DNA of 64,000 nt from Bacteroidia bacterium (GCA_038215705.1 JBBQQQ010000012.1:6523-70522); one strand, 5' to 3'; counted from the first letter of the stretch, positions 1 through 10,035 are shown. The notes: generated from the sequence alone by a model not told the origin. Program-made: numbers and translations.

Positions 1-300
1 AGTGATATTCTGATTGTCAAAATCGGTATTCACAATTTCCATTTTTATTTCATCGGCCTTCCACTTTCCATTGACCATAACACCATCTTCAAAACTCCTG
101 AAAGTTCCATCAGGATCGAATTCGAGAAAGTTTTGCAGCATTTTTTTATCAGGTGTTATTTTTTTTCCTGATGCTTTTATTTCAAGTTCACTTAATTGCC
201 AGCGCTGACAGAGGTTGGTACGAAAAATATCGCGAGTTTGTGCAGTCGAATAATTAATTCCCGTCAGGATAATTATTGCGGTCAGCAGGAAATGGTTCAT
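1..300 (-). CDS. hypothetical exported protein, N-terminal part only (gene runs off the window start)
   Basis: Minus-strand frame is open from ATG (300..298) to base 1, 100 codons with no stop. The N-terminus MNHFLLTAIIILTGINYSTAQ is signal-peptide-like. It is absent from the ORF track because no stop lies in the window. Confidence 0.5.
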   Translation of the reverse strand, partial: MNHFLLTAIIILTGINYSTAQTRDIFRTNLCQRWQLSELEIKASGKKITPDKKMLQNFLEFDPDGTFRSFEDGVMVNGKWKADEIKMEIVNTDFDNQNIT

Positions 301-435
301 GGAGGTGTGTTTTTAATCCGGTGGTTGCAAAAAGCCGGGATTATATTCTGCAAAATACTAAAAATTAGAATAAATGGGTATAAAAATGATGAAAAATATT
401 ACATTTCTTCAAAGGGTCCCCAAATTCTAAAGGAG

Positions 436-492
436 CAAATAAAAAATCCATAATCATCTCACACTTTTTTTCAGTGATAATGATTATGGATT
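436..492 (-). terminator. rho-independent terminator of the cytochrome c gene
   Basis: Perfect 13-bp arms AATCCATAATCAT (445..457) and ATGATTATGGATT (480..492). On the minus strand the hairpin is followed by TTTTTTATTT, and it lies just downstream of the stop at 509. Confidence 0.65.
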
Positions 493-508
493 ATTAACTT
501 AACTAGTA

Positions 509-1468
509 TCAAACGCCCCTGTCGATTTTATTATTGATTTTCGGAACCGTTTTCAGGTACGCCCACATCGCTTTCAGTTCACTTTCGGTTAACTGCACAA
601 ACGGAAGCATGGGAGGCCGCAGGGCAGGACCGTTAGGATGTATTCCAAATTTAACTGCATTTATGAATTGCGCTTCTGTCCAATTACCCAACCCGGTTGC
701 TTCATCGGGTGTCAAATTTCTTGAAACAATTTTTGAACCGTCAGCTGTGCCTATATGATTGCCGCCGCCAAAAAAACCTTCCGACTTTTCGGGTTCAAGC
801 ATGTTCATTGTTTCGAATGATTTTGAATGACAGGCATAACATTCAAGCTGGTATAAAGCCAAATATTTCCCCCATTCCACGGGCTTGGTAGTGTCCGGAC
901 CCGGAATAGGAGCGGTAGGATAATCAAAGGGCTTAAATGCCACTAAACTTAAGAACTTTGTAAGAAAAGAGGGCTGGGATTCGGGTAATTCCGATTGCAC
1001 CGCCTGTACTTCGGGCTTGTCGGAACGCAGGTATGCAACTAACGAATACATATCTTCATCAGAAATATGTACCATTTTCGGCATATAGGGTGGCACATAC
1101 TGTCCGGTTTGCGGATGAATCCCGGTGCGTAAAAAATAAATAAGATCGCTGTCGGACCATTTGCCAATTCCGAACTCCTTATCATTAGTTATGTTTTTGG
1201 CATTGATCACTCCGAACTCAGGAATTTCAATCATGTGTTTCCCCGTAAGGGCATTTTTTTCGCCATCGAGGTGACAATGCTGACATAACATAGCGGCCAT
1301 TTTAGCGCCTCGTTCTAAACGTTCAGGAGTAACTGTTACATCTGGAACCTGCGGTACTTTTGCTTCATATTCGGGAATGCCCCTTATGGCAATAAAGGAC
1401 GCAAATCCCGCTGCTCCCGTAGCAACAATCAGGATCAGGATACCAATAATTTTCAGTAGTTTTTTCAT
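509..1468 (-). CDS. membrane-anchored dihaem c-type cytochrome
   Basis: Two CxxCH haem-binding motifs (CQHCH, CYACH) and an N-terminal hydrophobic anchor KIIGILILIVATGAAGFASFIAI. Confidence 0.8.
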   Translation of the reverse strand: MKKLLKIIGILILIVATGAAGFASFIAIRGIPEYEAKVPQVPDVTVTPERLERGAKMAAMLCQHCHLDGEKNALTGKHMIEIPEFGVINAKNITNDKEFGIGKWSDSDLIYFLRTGIHPQTGQYVPPYMPKMVHISDEDMYSLVAYLRSDKPEVQAVQSELPESQPSFLTKFLSLVAFKPFDYPTAPIPGPDTTKPVEWGKYLALYQLECYACHSKSFETMNMLEPEKSEGFFGGGNHIGTADGSKIVSRNLTPDEATGLGNWTEAQFINAVKFGIHPNGPALRPPMLPFVQLTESELKAMWAYLKTVPKINNKIDRGV

Positions 1469-1592
1469 GGTTTTTAATTTCGTGGTAAGTGATAAGTAGC
1501 GGTAAATATGAAAGAGAACTGATAAATAAAAAAATGTTCTAAATTCAGGATGTAGCCGTACGTGGTTTTTTTTATCTTATTTTGCAACTACA

Positions 1593-2501
1593 ATGGAACA
1601 GCATAATTCAATCCGGTTAAATAAATTTATTGCAGAAAGCGGTATATGTTCCCGCCGTGAAGCCGACCGGTTTATTGAGAAGGGTGTGGTGCTTATCAAT
1701 GGGCGGAAAGCAAAGGTTGGAGATCCTGTGATGCCGGGTGATAAGGTAACGGTTAACGGAATGCAACTCGAACCACGGGTTGCAGAAGATAAAATTTATT
1801 TAGCTGTGAATAAACCTGTGGGCGTTACATGCACAACGGAAGAAAATACCCGGGGTAACATTGTTGATTTTGTGAATCACAGTGCACGTGTATTCCCAAT
1901 CGGGAGGCTTGATAAGGATTCACAGGGCCTTATTTTCATGACTAACGACGGCGATATAGTCAATAAGATTTTACGTGCCGAAAATGCACATGAAAAGGAA
2001 TACCTGGTAACTGTTAATAAGCCCGTTACAGAGCAATTCCTTAGCGGGATGGCGGGCGGTGTTCCCGTATTGGGCGTTGTTACCAGGAAATGCAAAGTCA
2101 GTATGGAAACACCTTTTATTTTCCGGATCACACTGATACAGGGATTGAACCGGCAGATACGAAGGATGTGTGGACATTTCGGTTACGAAGTTACCAAACT
2201 GGAACGGGTACGAATAATGAATGTCGGGCTCAAAGGACTACCTCCGGGTGACTGGAGAGATTTAACTCCCGCTGAGTTGCAGGGAATTTTTAAACTCATT
2301 GCAGCTTCATCATCGGAAAACGTGAATTCACATCCGCAAAGACAAACTGAGGCAAGCGGAAAAAGCAGAACAGATAAACCGGTAACCAAAAAGCATTCTG
2401 CTCCTGCAGGTCGTGAAAGAAAAGGTGATAAAGGCAAGGATAGCAGGCCCACGGGTGGTGGCCGTTCCGGAAGTTCAAAGAGGGGTGGGCGAAGACGATA
2501 G
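1593..2501 (+). CDS. rluF: 23S rRNA pseudouridine synthase RluF with a basic C-terminal tail
   Basis: S4 domain ([22 protein letters not shown]) and catalytic [17 protein letters not shown]. There is long collinear similarity to the E. coli RluF core ([24 protein letters not shown]). The last roughly 65 aa are K/R/G/S-rich. Confidence 0.9.
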   Translation: MEQHNSIRLNKFIAESGICSRREADRFIEKGVVLINGRKAKVGDPVMPGDKVTVNGMQLEPRVAEDKIYLAVNKPVGVTCTTEENTRGNIVDFVNHSARVFPIGRLDKDSQGLIFMTNDGDIVNKILRAENAHEKEYLVTVNKPVTEQFLSGMAGGVPVLGVVTRKCKVSMETPFIFRITLIQGLNRQIRRMCGHFGYEVTKLERVRIMNVGLKGLPPGDWRDLTPAELQGIFKLIAASSSENVNSHPQRQTEASGKSRTDKPVTKKHSAPAGRERKGDKGKDSRPTGGGRSGSSKRGGRRR

Positions 2502-2555
2502 TCTCCTTTTTAAAACATAAAACAGCATTTCTTCCATTTAACAACGTCTTGGTGG

Positions 2556-2563
2556 TATCTTTG
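2556..2563 (+). promoter_or_regulatory. Bacteroidota -7 box TATCTTTG
   Basis: Exact TAnnTTTG match, 10 nt upstream of the helicase ATG at 2574. Confidence 0.5.
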
Positions 2564-2573
2564 CAGTTAATCA

Positions 2574-4136
2574 ATGACTACCATCAGCCAAAATTCACAA
2601 GGTATTGAATCAGCCGAAAGTAAAATCGGCAAACAACTTTATGCTTATCAGCATAAGGCTATTGATGAAATATTAGGCCGGCTAAAAGATCATCCATCAC
2701 GCTACAATTTGTTGTATCAGCTTCCGACCGGAGGAGGCAAGACTGTAATATTTTCAGAGATCGCAAAACGGTATATCCAGAGTACCGGAAAAAAAGTGAT
2801 GATTCTTACCCACAGGCTGGAATTATGTGCACAGACTTCACGAATGCTGGATGAATTCGGGGTGTCGAATAAAATCATCGACAGCGCAGTTAAGGAGCTT
2901 CCTGTTCCCAATGATTATATGTGTTTTGTGGCGATGGTAGAAACACTCAATAACCGCTTGCGTGATAAAATACTTAACCTCGACAATATCGGGTTGATGA
3001 TTGTTGATGAGGCGCATTATAATTCCTTTGGCAAACTGCTGCGGTTTTATGAAAAGGGAGTTGTATTGGGGGTGACCGCAACACCGCTTAGTTCAAACAT
3101 TACAATTCGCATGCGCGATAATTATGATGAACTTATTGTTGGCGAAAGTATTTCATCGCTTATCGACATGGGTTTCCTGGCGAAAGCCACAACCTATCAT
3201 TACCATGTCGGACTTACTTCGCTAAAGGTAGGACGATCCGGTGATTATACCGTAAGCTCTTCGGAACATATTTATAACAATCATGCCATGCAGGATAAAC
3301 TGCTGAGCGCATACAGGGAAAAAAGTCTTGGTAAGAAAACCCTGATTTTCAATAACGGAATTGCTACTTCACAATACGTTTTTGCAACGTTTCAGGAGGC
3401 CGGCTACGATATTAAACATCTCGATCATACACACAGCGCAAAGGAACGAAAGGAAATTCTTCAATGGTTCAAAGATAAGCCCGATGCGATACTAACGTCG
3501 GTGAGTATATTAACAACAGGATTTGATGAACCTACGGTTGATAGTATTATTCTTAATCGTGCCACGAAATCACTCACACTTTATTTCCAGATGATCGGCC
3601 GTGGTTCACGTGTGCTTCCCGATAAAAAAGAATTCATGGTAATTGATCTTGGAAATAATCTTAACCGTTTCGGTTTATGGGATGAACCTATCGACTGGGC
3701 TGCTATTTTTAAATCACCCGAAATGTATTATGCAGGTATCATCAGTGATGAAGCTATTGAGCAAAGTTACAAATATGAAATGCCGGAGGAATTATGCAGC
3801 AAATTCAGTAAGTCGAAGGAAATATATTTTGATGTACCTGCTGCACACCGGCTCGCAATAAGTAAAGGACAGCGACCCAAGGAGGTTGTTGAAAGTTCAA
3901 TTAAACAGCACTTAAACATGTGTTGGGAAAACAGTTCAAATCTCGAAGAAGCGCTGCACCTGGCAACGTTGTTAAAAGACGAAATTGAATTCCGTGTTCG
4001 TGTTTACGCACGTTGCCTTAGCAAAACTTCAGAGAGTTATGTAAAATGGCTCCAGGATGATTACAAGCGTCATTTAAAAGCAGCATTGATTCGTGTGAAC
4101 AGTCAGATGTCGCATCAGCAGAATGAGGCGGGATGA
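2574..4136 (+). CDS. SF2 DEAD/DEAH-box (ResIII/COG1061-like) helicase
   Basis: Walker A LPTGGGKT, motif II VDEAH, motif III TATP and motif VI QMIGRGSR. The C-terminal 130 aa or so have no motif I recognise. Confidence 0.8.
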   Translation: MTTISQNSQGIESAESKIGKQLYAYQHKAIDEILGRLKDHPSRYNLLYQLPTGGGKTVIFSEIAKRYIQSTGKKVMILTHRLELCAQTSRMLDEFGVSNKIIDSAVKELPVPNDYMCFVAMVETLNNRLRDKILNLDNIGLMIVDEAHYNSFGKLLRFYEKGVVLGVTATPLSSNITIRMRDNYDELIVGESISSLIDMGFLAKATTYHYHVGLTSLKVGRSGDYTVSSSEHIYNNHAMQDKLLSAYREKSLGKKTLIFNNGIATSQYVFATFQEAGYDIKHLDHTHSAKERKEILQWFKDKPDAILTSVSILTTGFDEPTVDSIILNRATKSLTLYFQMIGRGSRVLPDKKEFMVIDLGNNLNRFGLWDEPIDWAAIFKSPEMYYAGIISDEAIEQSYKYEMPEELCSKFSKSKEIYFDVPAAHRLAISKGQRPKEVVESSIKQHLNMCWENSSNLEEALHLATLLKDEIEFRVRVYARCLSKTSESYVKWLQDDYKRHLKAALIRVNSQMSHQQNEAG

Positions 4137-4206
4137 GACATTAAATAAACATTAGTCATTGGTCAAGGATTTTTATGTGAAAAGGAAAAGGTAAAATGAA
4201 AATGAA

Positions 4207-4635
4207 TTAGTGCGAATGATTGGCTTTTTGATTTCTTTTTTCGACAAGTTTCCCGGCAAGGTAAGCCATAGGAATATATGCCAATACCAGGTCAGTAATG
4301 GTAAACCAGGTTGGAGAAGGCAATAAAAATACAGCGGTTACACCACCGGCGAGATAAAATACCCCGATAAATAATGCTAATTGCAGCTTACGACTGGCCG
4401 CAATAAAGGCGGTCAGCATTGCTCCGGCGAAAGTTCCGATTGCGTGAGCTAAAAAGGGTGTCAGGAAATGTTTTGTTTCAAAGAGTGGCATGGTAGCTTT
4501 TAATCGTTCCATAGTATCCACATCACCTGGCGGGGGAAGAATAAAATTGCCTTACCCCACGATACTCATATTAATTACACTTCCAAAAATTAGTCCCGCA
4601 ATTACGGCCAGGATGTTTTTAAAAATTGGATTCAT
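4207..4635 (-). pseudogene. small 4-TM membrane protein interrupted by one in-frame TAA
   Basis: ATG at 4635 opens MNPIFKNILAVIAGLIFGSVINMSIVG, then TAA (4554..4552). The same frame continues GNFILPPPGDVDTMERLK... into the 104-aa ORF 4207..4521. The upstream 27 codons form a plausible first TM helix. Confidence 0.6.
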
Positions 4636-4711
4636 GCTTTGGGTTTTAAATAGGTTCCTGATCTAAAATTATTAAAAAATTTATTCCGGAATTCATATTC
4701 AAAAAAAATTA

Positions 4712-4750
4712 ATCTAAAAAAAAATGCCCCACTGTTAGGTGAGGCATTTT
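4712..4750 (-). terminator. rho-independent terminator of the 4768..6654 gene
   Basis: Arms ATGCCCCAC (4724..4732) and GTGAGGCAT (4739..4747) with one mismatch. On the minus strand the hairpin is followed by a run of about 9 T. Confidence 0.6.
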
Positions 4751-4767
4751 AATAAGAGGAACAATTA

Positions 4768-6654
4768 TTACTTTGTTACAGTGAAGCGCTGAGTATATTC
4801 TTTGCCGCTGCTGATAACTTTTACAGTATAGATGCCTTTTGCAAATGCAGATACATCAACTTTAGTGATACCATTAACGTTATTGATAGAGTTAACAAGC
4901 ATACCAATTGAATTGTAGATTGCGATATCAGCAGTGCTGATTGACTTATCTAATGTAATTGTAAGATCAGAAGTAGCAGGAGAAGGATACACACTAACAA
5001 GCGTTGAGTTAGCATTTACTTCGTTGATTGCTGTCGGGGTGCCGAAGTTTATACGCAGGTTGTATGTTATTGCGAATCCGAAATCTTCTGCAGCAGCCCA
5101 TCCGTTAACAGCAGGAGGTGAAGGAATTGAATTCCAGGAAACCCAAACAGTTCCGGGAGTAACAATCTGTCCTGTTGTTCCAAGAGGAACAATAGAATCT
5201 ACTTCATGAATTCCAACATAGTACTGACCTGCAGTTATTGCAAGTGATGCACCATCAATTGGAAGTGTGAACCACTGACCACCGGTAGCGATAGTTCCCG
5301 GAAGCACGTTTAATGTAGTAGTTGTTGCTAGGATAGTAGCACTTGGTGTTCCGCCAACAGGCTGAGCATGGATAGTTGCATAAACAGGTGAGCCGGCAGG
5401 ATTCGGATCAAAAGCATCAGTAAGGAAGAAAGATACTGAAGTCAGATCAGTAGCATTACTCACTTCGAAATTTTGTCCTACAATACCACTGGCAGGACCT
5501 GCACCGATACCCAATGAACCAGTTGTCTGGTTGTCATCACGTGCGAATACAGAATCTGTGATTGCTGTTACAATTGATTGTGAAACATCATTTGCAGAAT
5601 TTGCATCACCGGGATAAGTAAGGGTAATTTTAGCACGCAGGTTAGCTACTGCAGCAGGAGTAAAACTTCCTGTTGTTGAAACAACTGTAGTTGCTCCCGG
5701 ATTAATAGCAGGAAGCGTAACGCTTTCAGAGAAAACAACTGCAGCAGAAACGGTATCAATAACTTCAAATAGTGCCGAACCACCTGAAGTTGCATTCAGT
5801 CCGTTGTTTTTAACAGATCCTGAAAGAGTAGAACCTACAACCTGTGAGAGTGGAATCATTGTATACTCAGCATTAAGTGAAGAAACAGAAACTGCTTCAA
5901 CATCAAAGGCAGCAGGTGTAAATACCTCCAGTTGATCAATTCCAATCAGGTCACTGTTGTTTCCCAGTGGTCCACCCCCAACTACTGCATAACGGATTGC
6001 AAAACGGGCAGTTGTTCCTGCAGCAGGAGCAATAAACTGATCCTGTAACCAGGCACCGGTTGTATTCACCTTGAAGTTACCTAACTGCACCCATGTAGTT
6101 GCTTCCGGTGTAGAATCGCCTACGGCAGAATACATAACACGGATAGAATCAGGAAAAGTTGAGGCTGCAGGTGAGCGTGAATAGAAAGAGATCACATCTC
6201 CTGATGCAACATCAAGTGCCGGCAATACCAGCCAGTTGTCGATATCATTTAAACCGGTAACTGAATTGTAATTAGAACTTACATATTCATCAGAACCATT
6301 GTTGAAATCAGTCCAGTTGGCAGTATTTCCCTGGAACCAGGCAGCTGAAGTTCCCATTGCACCCGTTCCACGGTAATAAGGAAGGTAACCGCGGGCTTTA
6401 AGGCCGTTAGTATCACTTGGCTGACTGAAATCGTCAACATAAGCAACTGCTGCCGAAGGAGTTCCACCTTTGTTAACATAATTGTTGATTTGAACACCTG
6501 AAGATGGGTTCGTGAATGTCATAGCTGAATTTCCAGCTTTTGCGATCTGGCCATTGCGGCTCAAGGTTGATGGGTCAACATCGTTCGCAACCTGACTGAA
6601 AGCCTGCAGGCTCAGGCAGCCGGCCAAAGTAACTAGTAAAGTGATTTTTTTCAT
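4768..6654 (-). CDS. large secreted protein with T9SS type-A C-terminal sorting domain
   Basis: Signal peptide MKKITLLVTLAGCLSLQAFSQ. The C-terminus VSVYPSPATSDLTITL...GIYTVKVISSGKEYTQRFTVTK is typical of a Por secretion tail. Confidence 0.75.
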   Translation of the reverse strand: MKKITLLVTLAGCLSLQAFSQVANDVDPSTLSRNGQIAKAGNSAMTFTNPSSGVQINNYVNKGGTPSAAVAYVDDFSQPSDTNGLKARGYLPYYRGTGAMGTSAAWFQGNTANWTDFNNGSDEYVSSNYNSVTGLNDIDNWLVLPALDVASGDVISFYSRSPAASTFPDSIRVMYSAVGDSTPEATTWVQLGNFKVNTTGAWLQDQFIAPAAGTTARFAIRYAVVGGGPLGNNSDLIGIDQLEVFTPAAFDVEAVSVSSLNAEYTMIPLSQVVGSTLSGSVKNNGLNATSGGSALFEVIDTVSAAVVFSESVTLPAINPGATTVVSTTGSFTPAAVANLRAKITLTYPGDANSANDVSQSIVTAITDSVFARDDNQTTGSLGIGAGPASGIVGQNFEVSNATDLTSVSFFLTDAFDPNPAGSPVYATIHAQPVGGTPSATILATTTTLNVLPGTIATGGQWFTLPIDGASLAITAGQYYVGIHEVDSIVPLGTTGQIVTPGTVWVSWNSIPSPPAVNGWAAAEDFGFAITYNLRINFGTPTAINEVNANSTLVSVYPSPATSDLTITLDKSISTADIAIYNSIGMLVNSINNVNGITKVDVSAFAKGIYTVKVISSGKEYTQRFTVTK

Positions 6655-6826
6655 TTATTGGATTGTTAGTTAGAAATTTTAAGGGTGCAATTTAGACATT
6701 TGATTTCATGTTAAAACATTTAAATATCAATAATTATCAGATATATTTAATTAAAAATCAATGTCTTATAAGTTATTAACAGGGTTTTTTATGCCTTACG
6801 GGATAATTTTACCGGATTTAAGGGGG

Positions 6827-6887
6827 AAAGTCAGGGAAAAAGTCATTGGATCGGCAGTACGGACGCAATGCATTGCGTCCGTACTGC
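6827..6887. repeat. GTCAGGG/GTCATTG word repeat followed by a perfect 34-nt palindrome
   Basis: AAAGTCAGGGAAAAAGTCATTG (6827..6848) recurs exactly at 25423..25444. GCAGTACGGACGCAATG|CATTGCGTCCGTACTGC (6854..6887) is a perfect palindrome related to the one at 25527..25547. Confidence 0.8.
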
Positions 6888-6956
6888 GAAGTTTTTTGTA
6901 ACTAAGATTCCTTTGTTGTTTTTTAAATTTTTAATGTTGGCCATCTTGCGGCCTTT

Positions 6957-7418
6957 TCAAAACACATCCAAAATTTTTAATTCCTTACCCTGAAACTGCA
7001 TTGTATCGCCACGCATTTTATTTTTCAAAATTAATCCAATGGGCGAAGCAAGGGATATCGCATAAAAATACGTTTCACCAATTTTAATTTTTCCCATAGC
7101 AATGGAAATAAAATAATTTTCGTGATTGGTAAACACTAAACTGCCTGGCTCAATTTTCTGATGTTTACGGGAACTGTCAATCCTTGAAATTTCCTGTTGC
7201 TGTTGCAAGGCTTTTTCCAGCTGGATTTCGTTATTATCCATTTCCATCTGCATCATGGCTCTGCCGGTTTCATATTTATCACCGGCACTGCTCTTGGTAT
7301 CATTGTTCCGCGATTCTTTAACGGATTCAATAGCTTTCATTGCATCACTGACTTTCGAAGCCAGGATGTCATTTATTTGATTTAAAATTTCTTCTTTAAT
7401 GCCTGCCGGATTTTTCAT
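6957..7418 (-). CDS. GreA/GreB C-terminal-domain-like protein (Bacteroidota family)
   Basis: Coiled-coil N-terminal half with SAGDKYETGRAMMQ and a C-terminal beta-rich part SPIGLILKNKMRGD. This is family recognition from memory only. Confidence 0.45.
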   Translation of the reverse strand: MKNPAGIKEEILNQINDILASKVSDAMKAIESVKESRNNDTKSSAGDKYETGRAMMQMEMDNNEIQLEKALQQQQEISRIDSSRKHQKIEPGSLVFTNHENYFISIAMGKIKIGETYFYAISLASPIGLILKNKMRGDTMQFQGKELKILDVF

Positions 7419-7728
7419 GCATGAATTGGATTATATAAACCCTGATTTATTAAATCTATAGCAATAGTAATAAAAAAAAGTATATGTAGTTAGATGGTTC
7501 CCGGTGAATTGATTTCTTACATTTGATGCGCCTTTTTACTTCGCCTGCAGAAGTGAAAAATATTGTTTTGTTGCTTTACTTGTTTGTAATCAACTGCGTA
7601 CATGGATTTGCCCGGGAGCCAGGCCTGAAGATCCTGTTCTTTTGACTGGAATCGGTAATCTGTACAGGATGAAGAAGCGATCAGGAAATTACCCTGGAAG
7701 ATCCATTATGAAATAAAAGAATAATTCT

Positions 7729-8772
7729 ATGACTGAAAAATACGATGAATCATTTTACTCCGGAAAGGTCATTTTGGTCACTGGAGGTGCAGGAGCAATT
7801 GGAAGCAATCTCTGCCGTAAACTGTCAATGATAGGAGCTGCGCGGGTTATTATTTTCGATAACATGAGTTCAGCTTATGAATGGAATATCCCAAACAATA
7901 AAAACATTACGTTTATTAAAGGTGATATTCGAAATGAAAATGATTTGTTGCGGGCATTTTCGTACAGACCTGAAATAATTTTTCATCTTGCTGCATTTTT
8001 TGCCAACCAGAATTCAGTCAATTATCCTTTAATAAATGAAGAAGTTAATGGACTTGGTTTGATAAAAGTGTATGAATATGCGAAACTGTCGGGTAATGTA
8101 AAGCGGTTTGTGTATACCAATTCGGAAGGGGGCGCTTATGGAGCGGCTTCCAGTCTTCCCTTTCGTGAAGATGATGTTTCGATAGATTTGGGATCACCTT
8201 ATTACATTTCCAAAATGTGTGGAGAAGCTTATGGCAAGTTTTATTTTTATCATTTCGGTTTGCCCGTCACAACAGTGCGATTATTTAATAACTATGGACC
8301 CGGCGAAGTGCCCGGACAATACCGGAATGTAATTCCTAATTTTATTTATTGGGCTTTATCGGGACAACCGCTTCCGCTGACAGGCAATGATGAAATGGCC
8401 CGTGATTTTGTTTATGTAGATAATACTGTAGATGGAATATTGAGAGCAGGGTTTCATGAAAGTGCTATTGGAGGATCCTATAATATTGCATCAGGAAGAG
8501 CTGTACCCATACATGCACTTGCAGCAATCATAAATCAAAAAACAGGGAACACTGCAGGTGTACGAATTATGAATTCCAGGAAATGGGATCAGCGTCCTTT
8601 CTTTACCGGTGATACGGCCCTTTCAAAGCAAGCATTGGGATTTCATGCTGATTATAATTTTGAAAAAGGCATTGATAATACGATAAAGTGGTTCAGGGAA
8701 AATTGGGAACTGATTACAGTAAGTGCAGAATTTTCTCCGGGACAAAATCCTGCACTTGATGTCAGTCTGTAA
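7729..8772 (+). CDS. NAD-dependent sugar-nucleotide epimerase/dehydratase (SDR)
   Basis: Rossmann motif VTGGAGAIGSNL and catalytic YxxxK (YYISK), with a typical length. Confidence 0.8.
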   Translation: MTEKYDESFYSGKVILVTGGAGAIGSNLCRKLSMIGAARVIIFDNMSSAYEWNIPNNKNITFIKGDIRNENDLLRAFSYRPEIIFHLAAFFANQNSVNYPLINEEVNGLGLIKVYEYAKLSGNVKRFVYTNSEGGAYGAASSLPFREDDVSIDLGSPYYISKMCGEAYGKFYFYHFGLPVTTVRLFNNYGPGEVPGQYRNVIPNFIYWALSGQPLPLTGNDEMARDFVYVDNTVDGILRAGFHESAIGGSYNIASGRAVPIHALAAIINQKTGNTAGVRIMNSRKWDQRPFFTGDTALSKQALGFHADYNFEKGIDNTIKWFRENWELITVSAEFSPGQNPALDVSL

Positions 8773-8805
8773 CCAACACTGAAATTCGGAAAGGATAGTA
8801 CTTTG

Positions 8806-10035
8806 TTAATTATGCGTATATATTTCGGAGGTTAAAAGCTGGTGATAACAATCAATCATTTTTGTTGCGCAGGATTTATATTCGTAATGATTTATACTTA
8901 GCTGCCGTGCATTTTCTCCTATACGCCTGCAAAATTCTTTATCCGTAAAGCACCGACTCATTTGCTGAGCGAATTCCTCAGGTGTATCTGCGATTAAAAG
9001 ATTATGATTTTCTGTGTAAGCAATTCCCTGGGCACCCACAGTGGTGCTTATTATTGTTTTACCAAGTGCAAGTCCTTCAATAATTTTTGCCCTGATCCCG
9101 CTGCCTGATAATAAAGGTACTATCATCACTGTTTTATTTTCCTGCCATACCAAAGGATCGCCAACTTCGCCTGTTATAATTATATTCGTCCCCGTTTTAT
9201 TTAAAAATTTATTTTGCATTTTTCTTCCCGCAAGGTATATTTTTATATCAGTATGCATAGCAATTATCTTTAACGATACGTGATCCATGAACCACCGAAC
9301 TGCTTCTTCATTAGGAAGCCAGTCCATAGATGCTAGATGATAAAAAGATACAGCATTTTCGTACTGTCGGTCATAATTGTAACAGTCAAGTTTCTTGTGA
9401 TCATAGCCCATAGGAATGACTTCTGTAGGAGTTCCGGGAGCAAAATTTCTGAATGTTACGGCATCTTCATGGGTTAACGGGAAAATCATATCCACATTCA
9501 GGGCCACATGTTTTTCGAACAAGGCTAGACGCTCTGCCGAATAGTTAATAAAAAATTTCTTGAACGGATTATGCATTCCCTGCATATACCGTTGCCATAT
9601 TATGTGTTCAAGGTTTTGGGGTCGCAATGTAATTTTTGCAGATGATAATTTTCGAACCAGATCCATATAAATGCACATGTAAACATGCTCAAACTGGATA
9701 ATATCAAATTTTTCGTTAATTAAAATTTCAGAAAGTGCTTTGGCAAATTCTTCGGAATAAAATCTTTCAGTGAAATAGGAATCTTTCTTAAAAAGATTTG
9801 AGACGATTTTACAGAAGCTGATCCGTGTATCCACATTAACAGTTTGCTGGATTATCGGCTTGTAATTATGGCAATTCGCTGAATCCTGTGGAATTGTAAT
9901 ACGCGACGGATTAACGGCAAGGACTTTTACGGATGCGCCGTTTGCCAGTAAACCAAGAGTGGTGAAATAGGTTGCCTGTGCTCCTCCGTCAATCGGCGGA
10001 AAGGGTAATTTCTGACAAATCTGTAAAATTCTCAA
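8806..10035 (-). CDS. GT-B glycosyltransferase (family 4/1-like)
   Basis: N-terminus MRILQICQKLPFPPIDGGAQ and C-terminal sugar-donor region GSGIRAKIIEGLALGKTIISTTVGAQG. Confidence 0.75.
   Translation of the reverse strand: MRILQICQKLPFPPIDGGAQATYFTTLGLLANGASVKVLAVNPSRITIPQDSANCHNYKPIIQQTVNVDTRISFCKIVSNLFKKDSYFTERFYSEEFAKALSEILINEKFDIIQFEHVYMCIYMDLVRKLSSAKITLRPQNLEHIIWQRYMQGMHNPFKKFFINYSAERLALFEKHVALNVDMIFPLTHEDAVTFRNFAPGTPTEVIPMGYDHKKLDCYNYDRQYENAVSFYHLASMDWLPNEEAVRWFMDHVSLKIIAMHTDIKIYLAGRKMQNKFLNKTGTNIIITGEVGDPLVWQENKTVMIVPLLSGSGIRAKIIEGLALGKTIISTTVGAQGIAYTENHNLLIADTPEEFAQQMSRCFTDKEFCRRIGENARQLSINHYEYKSCATKMIDCYHQLLTSEIYTHN

Noticed and set aside
196-453. 85-aa plus-strand ORF.
   Set aside because: It overlaps the 5' end of the minus-strand partial gene (1..300) and runs into the cytochrome c terminator, with no motif.
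7536-7655. Short ORF MRLFTSPAEVKNIVLLLYLFVINCVHGFAREPGLKILFF upstream of the epimerase, considered as a possible leader peptide or gene relic.
   Set aside because: It is only 39 codons with no supporting signals. The frame-shifted continuation did not yield a convincing Rossmann or glycosyltransferase N-terminus.
9989-10035. The 47-nt overlap between the SGNH hydrolase and glycosyltransferase genes, considered as a possible programmed frameshift or fusion.
   Set aside because: Both proteins are complete on their own. The GT starts with a canonical MRILQI... N-terminus and the hydrolase has all SGNH blocks before the overlap. Ordinary overlapping genes explain this.
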